From an uncultured archaeon (GTDB taxonomy: Archaea; Thermoplasmatota; E2; DHVEG-1), in the NCBI GenBank assembly GCA_902384685.1, contig CABMCU010000073.1:1-53297 (forward strand): a stretch of DNA of 53,297 nucleotides. Reading direction: 5' to 3'. Shown piece by piece: positions 18,065 through 28,128 of this stretch (its first letter is position 1; each line of letters opens with the position of its first letter). The notes beneath the pieces were generated by a model. It ran no database searches, was not told the origin of the DNA, and saw only the letters and a program-made list of their open reading frames with translations. Made by a program: the position numbers and the translations under genes.

Positions 18065-18670
18065 TCATTCCCAAACGAGAATTATACAGAACCTACATAG
18101 TACCTCCGAATGCAAAAATCTACCAAGGAAGTCATCAATTTTGGATTGTTTCTCCTTAGGAATTGAGTAATACCTGTTTATTGATTCCTTAATTCTCCGT
18201 GTCTTCCTCCAATGATTTTTACCAAGGAACACCCTTTTCTCATGAATATCGATGTCAGTGTTGAAAACCTGCGATACCTTCGCTAGATCTTGATATGAGA
18301 TAATCCTCGATGTATTCTGCTTCATCAACTCTAAGAGGGCAAGTTTATTCTTATCCTCTAGATAATAACAGGATTTATTCTTGAACTGAGACCGTTTAAT
18401 CGAAGGAAAATATCGTTGTAATGCTCGGAGAGCATTCCGATTCTCCTCTGTATAGACATATCCTTTCGCTATAAGTTGCTTCAATAGTTCAAGTGGTTTT
18501 CCGCTGACGTACGGCTCCCGTTTGTATTTATTTGGGAGATCCTTTGTATGTTTGTAAACTGTTGTACGATCGATATGCATCTCCTTGGAAACCTGGAACT
18601 TCGATTTACCTTTCAGAATTTCCTCTCGTATTTGCTGAATATCCTCTTTAGTAAGATGTCGTATCATCAC
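18065..18670 (-). CDS. HTH DNA-binding protein with C-terminal PIP-box-like motif
   Basis: GKSKFQVSKEMHIDRTTVYKH HTH; QSKIDDFL. Confidence 0.75.
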   Translation of the reverse strand: MMIRHLTKEDIQQIREEILKGKSKFQVSKEMHIDRTTVYKHTKDLPNKYKREPYVSGKPLELLKQLIAKGYVYTEENRNALRALQRYFPSIKRSQFKNKSCYYLEDKNKLALLELMKQNTSRIISYQDLAKVSQVFNTDIDIHEKRVFLGKNHWRKTRRIKESINRYYSIPKEKQSKIDDFLGRFLHSEVLCRFCIILVWE

Positions 18671-18845
18671 TAAGGAGCGTAAAAGGATCTATAAAAACAT
18701 ATCTTTATAACAGTAAGTTTGCAAAACTTATATAAAAAGATATCGAAAAAATTCAATTTTTTATTTTTAAAAAAATAGAAATATTTATAAATCATTTTTT
18801 AATCTGCAATACAGGAATTAGAAAGGAGTAAGGGGGAATGAAATA

Positions 18846-21296
18846 ATGGTTTTTAGTAAAATTTTTTCTCGAAAAAAGATAATAGCGTTATTTTTATCAT
18901 TGATAATCTTTTGTAGTTCAACAAGTGTAATTTCTATTTCTTATAATATGAACACAATTCAAAAAACAAACGAGTATAAAAAAGAAAATTTTGAAGTTGA
19001 TCAAAAATTTATTTATCAAATAATAGAAAATTTAAGTCATATATGCTATAATTATTCTCAAGGAAGAACTTATGGTACATCTGGAGAAAATTTTGCGGCA
19101 AATTATATTTATGATTTTATGGATAAAATTAATCTTAAAAACAATTATCTTGAAAAAATTTGCGATGAATCTCTTCTTTCAATTTATCCAAATATTACAA
19201 GATACAAATTAATTGATGATAAAATTCAAATAAACGGTTTTAGTCTAAAAATATATGAAAATGGTACTGCTGAATCTCCCGAATGTTTCCCGATAGCATC
19301 AGGAGCAAATAATCCAATATATGACATTTTTAATTATAATTATAGTTATAAAAATCTAAGGTTGCTTCCTGGAGATATTTTTGATACAAATTTTTTCTTA
19401 CAAAATTCAATATCATTTCCATGTAAATTAAATAACTATAAATCTATGATTATTGGAGAAATTATATTACCAAGAAATGACACAATTTTTAATAGCTATG
19501 ATGATAATAAAATAATTTTATTGGATTCAAATAATTCACAGATATTTACTAAGCAAGAAAAAGATATTAAATATCCAAAATTCGTATTATCATATGATTC
19601 CAATAATAAATATGATTCGTATGCTAATACTACATTTATTCAAGTTTCAAAAGAAAATTGGTATAAAATAAAAGAATTAGTTAAAAAAGAAAATGTTATT
19701 ATAACAAATATCATTTCTGACGGAAATATTACATTAATATATAATTATGAAAAAATTATTGAAGATAAATTTGGACCAATAGATTTTGAGTATATGTTTA
19801 TAGAAGGAATGCCCTCAATAAATCAAACATATACTGAACTTAAATGGAAAATATTGAAAGAATTTAATTTGAGTTATTATAGTCTATTATTTCTTAAAAC
19901 ATATATATGGGGTGCCATTTGGAAAATTGGAAATAAATGTCGAGGTGGCATAATATACGACAACGATAACGAGACCCATTTGATGATATGTTCATTAAAA
20001 GATTATAATTATATTGACATAAGTCAAGCAGGAGGAGCAACATGGCCATATACTCCCCTGTTTTCTATTAATAATACTATAGGTTCAAAATTATACAAAG
20101 ACGCCTGTTTAAAAATTAGCGAGAAAAAGTATAAAGTTGAATATTATCTAGATCAGAGCTATAATGAAAGTGCTATTAGTTACAATGTAGCAGGTAATAA
20201 TAGTAAATATGAGAATGATAGTAAAATTGCTATAATAAGTGCTCATTATGATGGATATTGGGGTCAATCTAGTGCAGATGATGCTGTTGGAACCTCAATT
20301 ATGCTTGGAATTGCAAAATTAATCGAGGATTATAAACTTGAATCTAAATATAAAATTCGATATGTCGCTTTTGCCGGAGAAGAGTATGGATTTCGTGGTT
20401 CTCATTTTCATAATTTATTTCATTTTAATGACAGTATCGCATATGTTATTAATTTTGAAGAAGAAGGATTTGAACAACATAATCCACCAGTTAAATTATT
20501 ATTATATTCACCAAATGGATCGATTTTAGATGCTGCAGAAATAATTCTTGAAGATATAGGTTATTTTGAAAAAACTCAAACTGAAATTGAAAGAAACAAA
20601 AAACCAGGCCCAAGTGATGAATCAGTATTTGTTAAGAGACCAGGAATTAATACTTTTTGTTTTGGAAAAGACCATAACTGGACAGATTATCATAAAACAG
20701 GTCTTTCTAATAAAGTAGGAGATTGCATTGATAATATTAATAAAAGTTTACTGAATATTGTTTCTGAATTTTCTTGGAGAATGGTTGAATATTTATTATT
20801 TAATCCAAATTGTTGGTTTACGAATATTTCATTTACATCTTTTAATTCAAAAAATAATAAAAATAATAAAAATGATTCGATAATGATACATTTCAGCATT
20901 AATTCAGTAATACCAAAAGACAAAATAATGCTCAAGATTTATTATCGAAATGAAGATAATCTGAATGATTATTATCATTTGTATCAGATAGAAAATTTTA
21001 TTATTGACTCGACTGTCTTGAAAAAAAACATAATTTTTAGTCTGAACGATAGTATAATTAATGGAGATTATTCTATAAAACTTGAACTTTACAATTCTAC
21101 TGGAAGAATAAATGAAATTATGAATATTAATAATAAAAACTATAATGACACAGCCTCGTCGAATATCCTACATCTGGAATCTTCATTGCTTCATCAAGAA
21201 AAAATATCTATTTTTAATTATGTATTTAAAAATTTTTTAAATGAAAATAATATTATAAAACTAAAGATTTTTTTCGATTACATTCTAAGGAAGTAA
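18846..21296 (+). CDS. Secreted M28-family metallopeptidase
   Basis: Signal peptide, SAHYDG, SADDAVG, FAGEEYGFRGS, DYH; visibly very AT-rich. Confidence 0.85.
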   Translation: MVFSKIFSRKKIIALFLSLIIFCSSTSVISISYNMNTIQKTNEYKKENFEVDQKFIYQIIENLSHICYNYSQGRTYGTSGENFAANYIYDFMDKINLKNNYLEKICDESLLSIYPNITRYKLIDDKIQINGFSLKIYENGTAESPECFPIASGANNPIYDIFNYNYSYKNLRLLPGDIFDTNFFLQNSISFPCKLNNYKSMIIGEIILPRNDTIFNSYDDNKIILLDSNNSQIFTKQEKDIKYPKFVLSYDSNNKYDSYANTTFIQVSKENWYKIKELVKKENVIITNIISDGNITLIYNYEKIIEDKFGPIDFEYMFIEGMPSINQTYTELKWKILKEFNLSYYSLLFLKTYIWGAIWKIGNKCRGGIIYDNDNETHLMICSLKDYNYIDISQAGGATWPYTPLFSINNTIGSKLYKDACLKISEKKYKVEYYLDQSYNESAISYNVAGNNSKYENDSKIAIISAHYDGYWGQSSADDAVGTSIMLGIAKLIEDYKLESKYKIRYVAFAGEEYGFRGSHFHNLFHFNDSIAYVINFEEEGFEQHNPPVKLLLYSPNGSILDAAEIILEDIGYFEKTQTEIERNKKPGPSDESVFVKRPGINTFCFGKDHNWTDYHKTGLSNKVGDCIDNINKSLLNIVSEFSWRMVEYLLFNPNCWFTNISFTSFNSKNNKNNKNDSIMIHFSINSVIPKDKIMLKIYYRNEDNLNDYYHLYQIENFIIDSTVLKKNIIFSLNDSIINGDYSIKLELYNSTGRINEIMNINNKNYNDTASSNILHLESSLLHQEKISIFNYVFKNFLNENNIIKLKIFFDYILRK

Positions 21297-21547
21297 TTAC
21301 TCCTCGATCCAATTATTGAAGATAAAGATGTGGGCTGAAAGTGGATTGTTTAGTAAGTAATTAATATAAAACGATACCAGAAAACAATCATATAATACAA
21401 TAATAAAATTTTAAAATGGCCAATTAAAATGATGAACTAGTAACAGTATAGTCATTATAAGCGCTTTTAACATCTCTAATAGCCACATAACCTTACTCTC
21501 CAAACAACTATAAAAATGTAGCAACAAAATGTTTATAAACCTTTCTA

Positions 21548-21746
21548 TTATCCAAATTGATTAGTAATTTCAATATCTGCGTTAAAAACCTGGGATACTC
21601 TTGCTAAATCCTGATATGAAATGATCCTTGTAGTATTCTGCTTCATCATTTCCAGGAGTGCGAGCTTATTTCTATCTTCCAGATAGTAACATGATTTGTT
21701 CTTAAACTGAGATCGCTTTATTGAAGGGAAATACCGTTGTAATGCT
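21548..21746 (-). pseudogene. 5'-truncated paralogue of the HTH gene at 18065-18670
   Basis: Reads ALQRYFPSIKRSQFKNKSCYYLEDRNKLALLEMMKQNTTRIISYQDLARVSQVFNADIEITNQFG*. Confidence 0.85.
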
Positions 21747-23877
21747 GTCCTATTACAACTGGTTTGATGTAATCGCCTATTTTTTCATCCGATCTCATTA
21801 ATTCCTTTCTCGTTATTTCATCTACAATAAACGCCTCGTTTAATCCAGTTTTTAAACCGTAAAAAATTTTATTTCCGACATAGTCTTCAATCGGTATACT
21901 ATTGGCCTTTATTTTTTTTAGAATATCATTTGCCTCTTTCCTTTGGATGTTCCAATCATTCTCTCCAAATTCCTTTTGATTTATTATAAACTGTTTACTT
22001 TTAATATACTCCTCTAAAGAATCAAAATTCAGTGTTTCCATTTTACACACTTGGATTTTTGGATTTAGTTTGTTTATTTTTCTTATTACGATTATACAAG
22101 GATAAATTGTTGCTTCTGGAAATACCTTAAGGTCTCCAAAATCAATGAAGGTTTCTATCCAATATTTACTAATAAATTTACGTAAATTGGCTCCGTAACC
22201 TGCTCTAAGCCACTTGTTAGATACAATCATTCCGAAGTAACCGCCATCTTTAAGTAACTTGATTTCACGTTCAAAGAAATATACATATAAATCGGCCATC
22301 CCATTATACACTTCATAATTTTTCTGGAGGTATGGTTTTAATGCTGAAAATTCCTCCTGTCTTACATATGGTGGATTGCCGATTACAACATCGAAACTTC
22401 CTTCTTTAAAATCTCCCTGCCATTTGAATGCATTATATTCTACAATAGTTTCATCGTCAATTACGGAATTACCATGTTTAATGTGTAAATCTATTTCTTC
22501 TGGTAATCTCCTATTTTTCTCTGCCGCTTTTAATAATAGATTTAATTTTGTGATCTCAACAGCTTTATTATCCAGGTCAACCCCGTAGAGATTATTTTTC
22601 AATATCTCCGTTTTTACAGAATATAAGCCCTGACTATCAAACATACGTTGTTTTGAACTTTTTTCAGATGAAATATTTACACGTAGATAATCAAATGCTT
22701 TAATCAAAAAAGAACCAGAACCACACGCAGGGTCTAGAACCTTAATTTTCTTTGCCTTAATCTTCTTATCTTTTAACAATTCCCCGACAGTGTTTTTAAC
22801 GATGTAATCCACAATATAGGTGGGAGTATAATATATCCCTTGCTCTTTTCTGTGTGCCTGTCCATTTGTAAGTTTTGCTTTCCCTGTTTTACTTTCCAAT
22901 AATATTTTACCCAAGTATTGTTCATAAACCTGTCCAAGAAGATCGGCAGTTATCCACTCAAAATTATAGATATATCCTTCATTTTTTGAAGTATAAAGAT
23001 ACCGAATAAGTTTCTTAATAATCTCGCCATTGATTGTTATTTTATCGCAATCATTATCCTTATTAATAGCAAATAATCCACTGTTATAGACATCATTGTA
23101 TTTTTCAAAAATCTCTTTTAACTTCGAGTATGCTCTGTTATCTGGAACTGCTACTGCATCTTTCAGTATCAAATTCTCAGGATTGATTCCCGTATCTTCA
23201 CATTTTCTGATAAAAATAAGTCGGTCAATGATTCTTTGAGTTATCTCTTCCTTTTCATTTGGTTGGTATTTCCCATGATAAATTTTTTCTATATCATCAG
23301 CTATGTACTTTCGTATTAAAATTAAATCGTCGAGAAGCGGTTTATCTATCGTAATCCTTTTCTTTAATAATCCTAGATTTTCTGCCTTCTTCAATAACAG
23401 GTTTTGTTCAAAACTTGATTTAGATAGTAATAATAAATCATGGATATTTTCAATATATTCCTCTGGTGTACTAAATACCATTATTTTCCTTTTAACAATA
23501 TTTTCTTCTTCTACACAAAATACCTTTAATTCCTCAAAATTTGTAGAGATCGCAATAGGAACCGATTTTGATAAGGCATAGGATACAACCTGTGTATCTG
23601 CATCTTTATATAATGGTACACCGATTTTTTTTACCTCCAAGAAGAATACTTTTTTATCTCCAATGTAAAATGTGTAATCAGCGAAACCTCGTTTACCTTC
23701 CCGTTGTGTCTTTTCTCGTTTTTTAAAATCCTTTTCTGTCCAACCCAGATGTTTGAATAACGGTTCGATTAGTTTTGTTTCTATAGATGCCTCAGATTCT
23801 TTTTTGTATTCCTGATAGTTTATTCTAAATTCATCAATCAGGTTTTGTACTTTTGTTTTTATCTGTTCATCAGTCAT
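21718..23877 (-). pseudogene. Type IIG (Eco57I/TaqI-like) fused restriction endonuclease / N6-adenine methyltransferase, C-terminally truncated
   Basis: ADY...EVK nuclease motif, GIYYTP, LDPACGSGSFL, GNPPY; runs into the HTH remnant at about 21746 and loses the target-recognition C-terminus. Confidence 0.85.
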
Positions 23878-23948
23878 AAGTAAGATGTGATATTGTTCGT
23901 TTCTTCTTTAATTTTTGGCAATGACTCATCCCATTAATTCTTGATTGT

Positions 23949-24728
23949 CTATATACATTTTTTTGGGGGATAATACAATCCGATAATCATCCAGACAGGA
24001 TACATGGAATGAGTCCCAACAAAAAAATGTAAATCACATTTTTCTATCATCATTGTATAATATCTTTGATAGATTTTCTCCCATAATACTTCAGGAGTTT
24101 GATAAATATGACGCCAACTACGATACGATTGAAATAATTCCCAATCTTCACAAGTCATATTATGATTACATAAACAACTCTTTGTGCAAGAAAAATGGTA
24201 TTTGAATATATGTGGCAATTCTTCCAAAAGTGTCCTTTCTTCACCCAATAAAGTCATTTGTCTCCCTTGAATAATATCAGTATCCATATCTTCAAGAGGT
24301 TTAGTTGTAAAAAAATTATGAATAACCGATGGTTTAACAAGTCCTAAAGATGTTCTCTCTTCTTTAAAATCAAATTGTAAATCTTCTATTGTACATTTAG
24401 GCATCGATAATATTATTTTATCCCGTTCTTCCCAATTTACTGGTTTTTTTGTTAGTAGATCATCAATAATTTTAATGGAATCTGGACGAAGTTTAAAGCT
24501 TTCTTTTCTACTTAGTTTTTCATCAGTTGCTTTTTTTACATCGGCTTCAATCCAAGTGTATTTAGGTATTTTTGTTCCACCTCTAAAAGTTTCAAATGGG
24601 ACAGGATAAATTCTTATCCACTCACCATCTTCAGTAATCCCTGCTGTACAGACTACAGAACCATGTCTTTTACTACTTTCTGGATATGCCTTTACAACCA
24701 ACAATATCTTCTTTTTTTCCCAGCTCAT
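23949..24728 (-). CDS. Conserved hypothetical protein (KAYP...VCTAG...WIRIYP; predicted OB-fold nucleic-acid binding)
   Basis: 259 aa; ATGA overlap with the upstream ParB-ASCH gene; CxxxCxxxHxxxC cluster. Confidence 0.75.
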   Translation of the reverse strand: MSWEKKKILLVVKAYPESSKRHGSVVCTAGITEDGEWIRIYPVPFETFRGGTKIPKYTWIEADVKKATDEKLSRKESFKLRPDSIKIIDDLLTKKPVNWEERDKIILSMPKCTIEDLQFDFKEERTSLGLVKPSVIHNFFTTKPLEDMDTDIIQGRQMTLLGEERTLLEELPHIFKYHFSCTKSCLCNHNMTCEDWELFQSYRSWRHIYQTPEVLWEKIYQRYYTMMIEKCDLHFFVGTHSMYPVWMIIGLYYPPKKCI

Positions 24729-25738
24729 ACAATCATTTCAATATTTTTTTTCTTTTTAATTTTAAAAATTATTGTATTCACTGTTTCATTTGGATCCCAG
24801 TTTCCATGAAGATTTTTCCATACTTCCTTAAATTCTTCAAGTGTATATCCACCCTCTCGTTTGGCATCTTCTTCTGTAAAATCTCCTAATTTTTTCTTTT
24901 CAATTTTTTTAACAATTAAGTCTGCAAAAGCTGGTTGCCAAAGATTTGCTCTTATTATTGCTCCTTCTCTAATTTTAGGATCAAGCGATTTTCTACTTGT
25001 CTGTATTTTTATCCCATCTAATATAGGTTTCATATGAGAGAGTCTAAATATTAATTCGGCTGGTTCTTGTTCCACTTCTTCAACCAATTCCTTAATAGAT
25101 TTATTTTTGTCCTGTTGAACCTTTTTCGTTATTTTTATTACATCGTCCCTTGTTATTTTTTTTTCTGCTACTTCTTTAACAAGTTCTAATTGTTTTGATG
25201 GTTCTTTTACTGTTTTTGCTATTATTAATGCCTCTCTACTTGCTATCTTACCTATTGGCGTTCTTCCTCTTTCATCTGCTGTAGCTACATATTTTTGAAT
25301 TTCTGGAGAGATTTCCCGAAATGCAGAAATCCATCTGTGAATGGTAGTGGTTCCAAAACCCAATTTTTCCCCCATGGAGAAAATTGTTGGATAATCTGTT
25401 GAGTAATCCTCCATTAATTTAGTACAACATTTTCCTTTTTCAATATCAGTCAAATCTTCCCTTTCAATATTCTCTATGAGATTCAATTCGATAACTTCTT
25501 TATCTGAAAATTGTTTTATGATTGCTGGGATTTTGTCTAATCCAGCTTGTTTTGCGGCTCTATATCTTCTTTCACCCACAACAACTTCATAATAATCATT
25601 TTTTTTCCTAATAATGATTGGTTCAAGCAAACCGAATTTTTTAATACTTTTAGATATTTCATCAATTTTTTCCTTATCGAATGATGATCTCGGATTCAGT
25701 CTATTTGGCTTAATTCTTCTTAAATCTATTTCTGACAT
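24725..25738 (-). CDS. ParB/Spo0J-family protein fused to a C-terminal ASCH domain
   Basis: NPR, GLLEPI, GERRYRA, ENIEREDL, HTH; C-terminal ILDGIKIQTSR...FTEEDAKREG. Confidence 0.85.
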   Translation of the reverse strand: MSEIDLRRIKPNRLNPRSSFDKEKIDEISKSIKKFGLLEPIIIRKKNDYYEVVVGERRYRAAKQAGLDKIPAIIKQFSDKEVIELNLIENIEREDLTDIEKGKCCTKLMEDYSTDYPTIFSMGEKLGFGTTTIHRWISAFREISPEIQKYVATADERGRTPIGKIASREALIIAKTVKEPSKQLELVKEVAEKKITRDDVIKITKKVQQDKNKSIKELVEEVEQEPAELIFRLSHMKPILDGIKIQTSRKSLDPKIREGAIIRANLWQPAFADLIVKKIEKKKLGDFTEEDAKREGGYTLEEFKEVWKNLHGNWDPNETVNTIIFKIKKKKNIEMIV

Positions 25739-25762
25739 ATTTTTCCCTTGTAAAACAAATAG

Positions 25763-26167
25763 TTATTTTAATTTCCAAACTATTCCTCTTTTTCTATCTC
25801 TAATTCTAATTAATTGAATATCTTCTTCTAATTTTTTTACCCATTTATTATTAGGGACTTTTTGTGGGAAATTTTCAATTTTTTTTATATCTGTCCATGT
25901 CAGACCAGATGAATTTTTATTTAATAACAATTTAATTCTTTCTTTAAATTCCTTATACGGAAGTTTCTCTTCTTTTTTTATAAGAATTTCTTTAATTTCT
26001 CCATTTTTCAAAGATTTTATTATGAGAGTTTTTCCTTGTATTTCGTCTTTTAACCATTCTCCTTCTTTCCATCCTATTTTTTCAATTGTGGATGGTGGAA
26101 TTACGATAATCCATTTTGGATATTCCTTATTATCTACAACTCTCGATAATTGTTTTTGTAATCTCAT
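25763..26167 (-). CDS. AbrB/MazE/SpoVT-type regulator with C-terminal wHTH-like domain
   Basis: IVIPPSTIEKIGWKEGEWL...LIIK swapped-hairpin signature. Confidence 0.75.
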   Translation of the reverse strand: MRLQKQLSRVVDNKEYPKWIIVIPPSTIEKIGWKEGEWLKDEIQGKTLIIKSLKNGEIKEILIKKEEKLPYKEFKERIKLLLNKNSSGLTWTDIKKIENFPQKVPNNKWVKKLEEDIQLIRIRDRKRGIVWKLK

Positions 26168-26193
26168 TTAGAAATAGGTATAGATTTTGGAGT

Positions 26194-26291
26194 ATTATAA
26201 ACTTTTAGGTGCCGAAAAGTATAAATAGCGTGTAATGTATATACATTAGGCACCTAAAATTATAAGTGCCTAAAGGGAGTTTAGGGCTCCC
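26194..26291. promoter_or_regulatory. Divergent promoter with clustered palindromic operators
   Basis: ACTTTTAGGTGCCGAAAAGT (26201-26220), TAATGTATATACATTA (26233-26248), TTAGGCAC-N12-GTGCCTAA (26246-26273). Confidence 0.65.
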
Positions 26292-27855
26292 TCAGGCTGG
26301 AGACAAACGAATGCTGCTAGGCAATCGAAATATCTCCAAAGAAACCATAGAATTGGAGATATATAAGATATTCGAGCAATGCAAACAAGAAAAAGAAATC
26401 ACGATAGTGGATTATCTCAATCGATTACATTTAGATTGTTTTAATGATAATTACCGATCTATAAAATTCCCATACGAATCATTATTCAAACTCCTTATTT
26501 TTCAGGAACTCAAAGGAATAAAATTCCAAGCACAACTAGAAAGATACCTTCGGTTGCATAAACAAGAGCTTCACAAACTCAACATGACATCAGTACCAAA
26601 CCAAAGGACGATAAGTTATTTCATCAATAATATTCTTGATGAAGAAACAAAACAATTGATAGATTTTATCGCCTCGAAAATTGAGGAAGTCTCAAACAAA
26701 TTCGGAATACTACTCGATACAAATATCATACAACCAACACAACCTAAAAAACAAGCAGAACGAACATACTACCATAACAAAAACATCAAGATAAGAGAGA
26801 TCAGCACTCTTTTCAAGAAACGTTTTTCATCTGTAATCGAACTGAATACCAAGAGAAATTCCGTTTACCAAAAAAATGATTTCATCGACCTCGTGCTTCA
26901 TATGTGTAACACGAATGACTTCGCAGAAAACGGAAGTAAAACATTCCAACTACAGAGAACAAAGACCCCAAATGGAGACACGCTCCTCTATCATCTGAAG
27001 GATTACAAGGATATCTACCAGATGAAACGCATGTTCGTCTCGATGTTTGAGATGATCTGGGAGACCGCACGCAAAGCAAACCAATTCCACAAGATAGTTG
27101 ACTGTTCTATTGATTACACAGGTTGGCACTATTATGGAGACAAGAATGCCCCGATGGTCACTGAGGGCAAACCTGATCGAGGGACTACACACTACTATAA
27201 ATTCGCCACAATAACCATATCGGAACGAAATCAACGATTCACACTCCTAGCAATACCTGTTGGACCATTTGACAACAAACAGGAGATACTCAGAACGCTC
27301 CTTGAATATGCAATGCAACGGATGAAGATAAGACGATTGTATGTTGATAGAGGGTTCTTTGACTCTGAATCCATACAACTCTTCAAGTATTACCATCTAA
27401 AATTCCTCATGCCATGCACAGCTAACGAACGAATCAAAAAGATACTTGAGATTGTTCCATCTCCAACAGTAATCAAAGATTATGAGATGAAAAGCGCTGT
27501 GTTTAACGTTGTTGTTGTCAATGATGAAAATGGTGTGAAGAGAGCGTTTGCGACCAACATAGACTTCAATGAAAACGATGTCGGATTAGCAGAGCGATTA
27601 TTCAATCTCTACAGCAAACGATGGGGAATAGAAACATGCTACCGAGTGAAGAAACATTCATTCAGACCAAAGACCACATCAAAGAATTATTTCATTCGAT
27701 TGTTTTATTTTATGTTCTCAGTGTTATTGTACAATCTTTGGCTCCTTACAGATATTCTCGTATGCTTAGCTGTTCTAGGTGTCTTCAATGGTAACCATAT
27801 CATTACATCCAAGTATTTCTGTAGCATTTTTGTTTTGGTGGATCCTGGAGGCTGA
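26266..27855 (+). mobile_element. DDE transposase (ISH3/IS4-like) with extra N-terminal domain; start may be ATG 26311
   Basis: SIDYT, YVDRGF, YSKRWGIETCYR catalytic motifs. Confidence 0.88.
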
Positions 27856-27981
27856 AACAATGTCGTCTGTCCTTATTTTTATTAACATAACTTTTAGCGG
27901 ATGCTAGATTTTTCTCCTGATTTTTCTTTGAAAACACCCCTTATTTTGTCTACATAAGCAAAAGATTTTTCTTCTACGATC

Positions 27982-28128
27982 GTATTATCGGACTGGATCA
28001 ACCCTGTTTTTACTACTCTGTTGGTCCTTGGTAGGAACTTTCGGAACTACTGCTACAATCGGAATATTTATATAGAAGTGTCTACATGCTGTTTTTACTT
28101 TTAATAGAATTAAAAGGAGGTAAACATT
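27982..28128 (+). promoter_or_regulatory. Thermosome upstream region, copy 2
   Basis: Block 28013-28051 identical to 3924-3962; TATTTATATA; GGAGGT SD. Confidence 0.7.

Noticed and set aside
24725-25738. Chromosome or plasmid partition cassette
   Set aside because: No parA ATPase or rep gene in the window, and the C-terminus is ASCH rather than a dimerisation domain.
18098-27906. One composite transposon bounded by TAGTACCTCCGAATGC and CTTTTAGCGGATGCTA
   Set aside because: The two ends match at only 8 of 16 positions and no target-site duplication flanks them.
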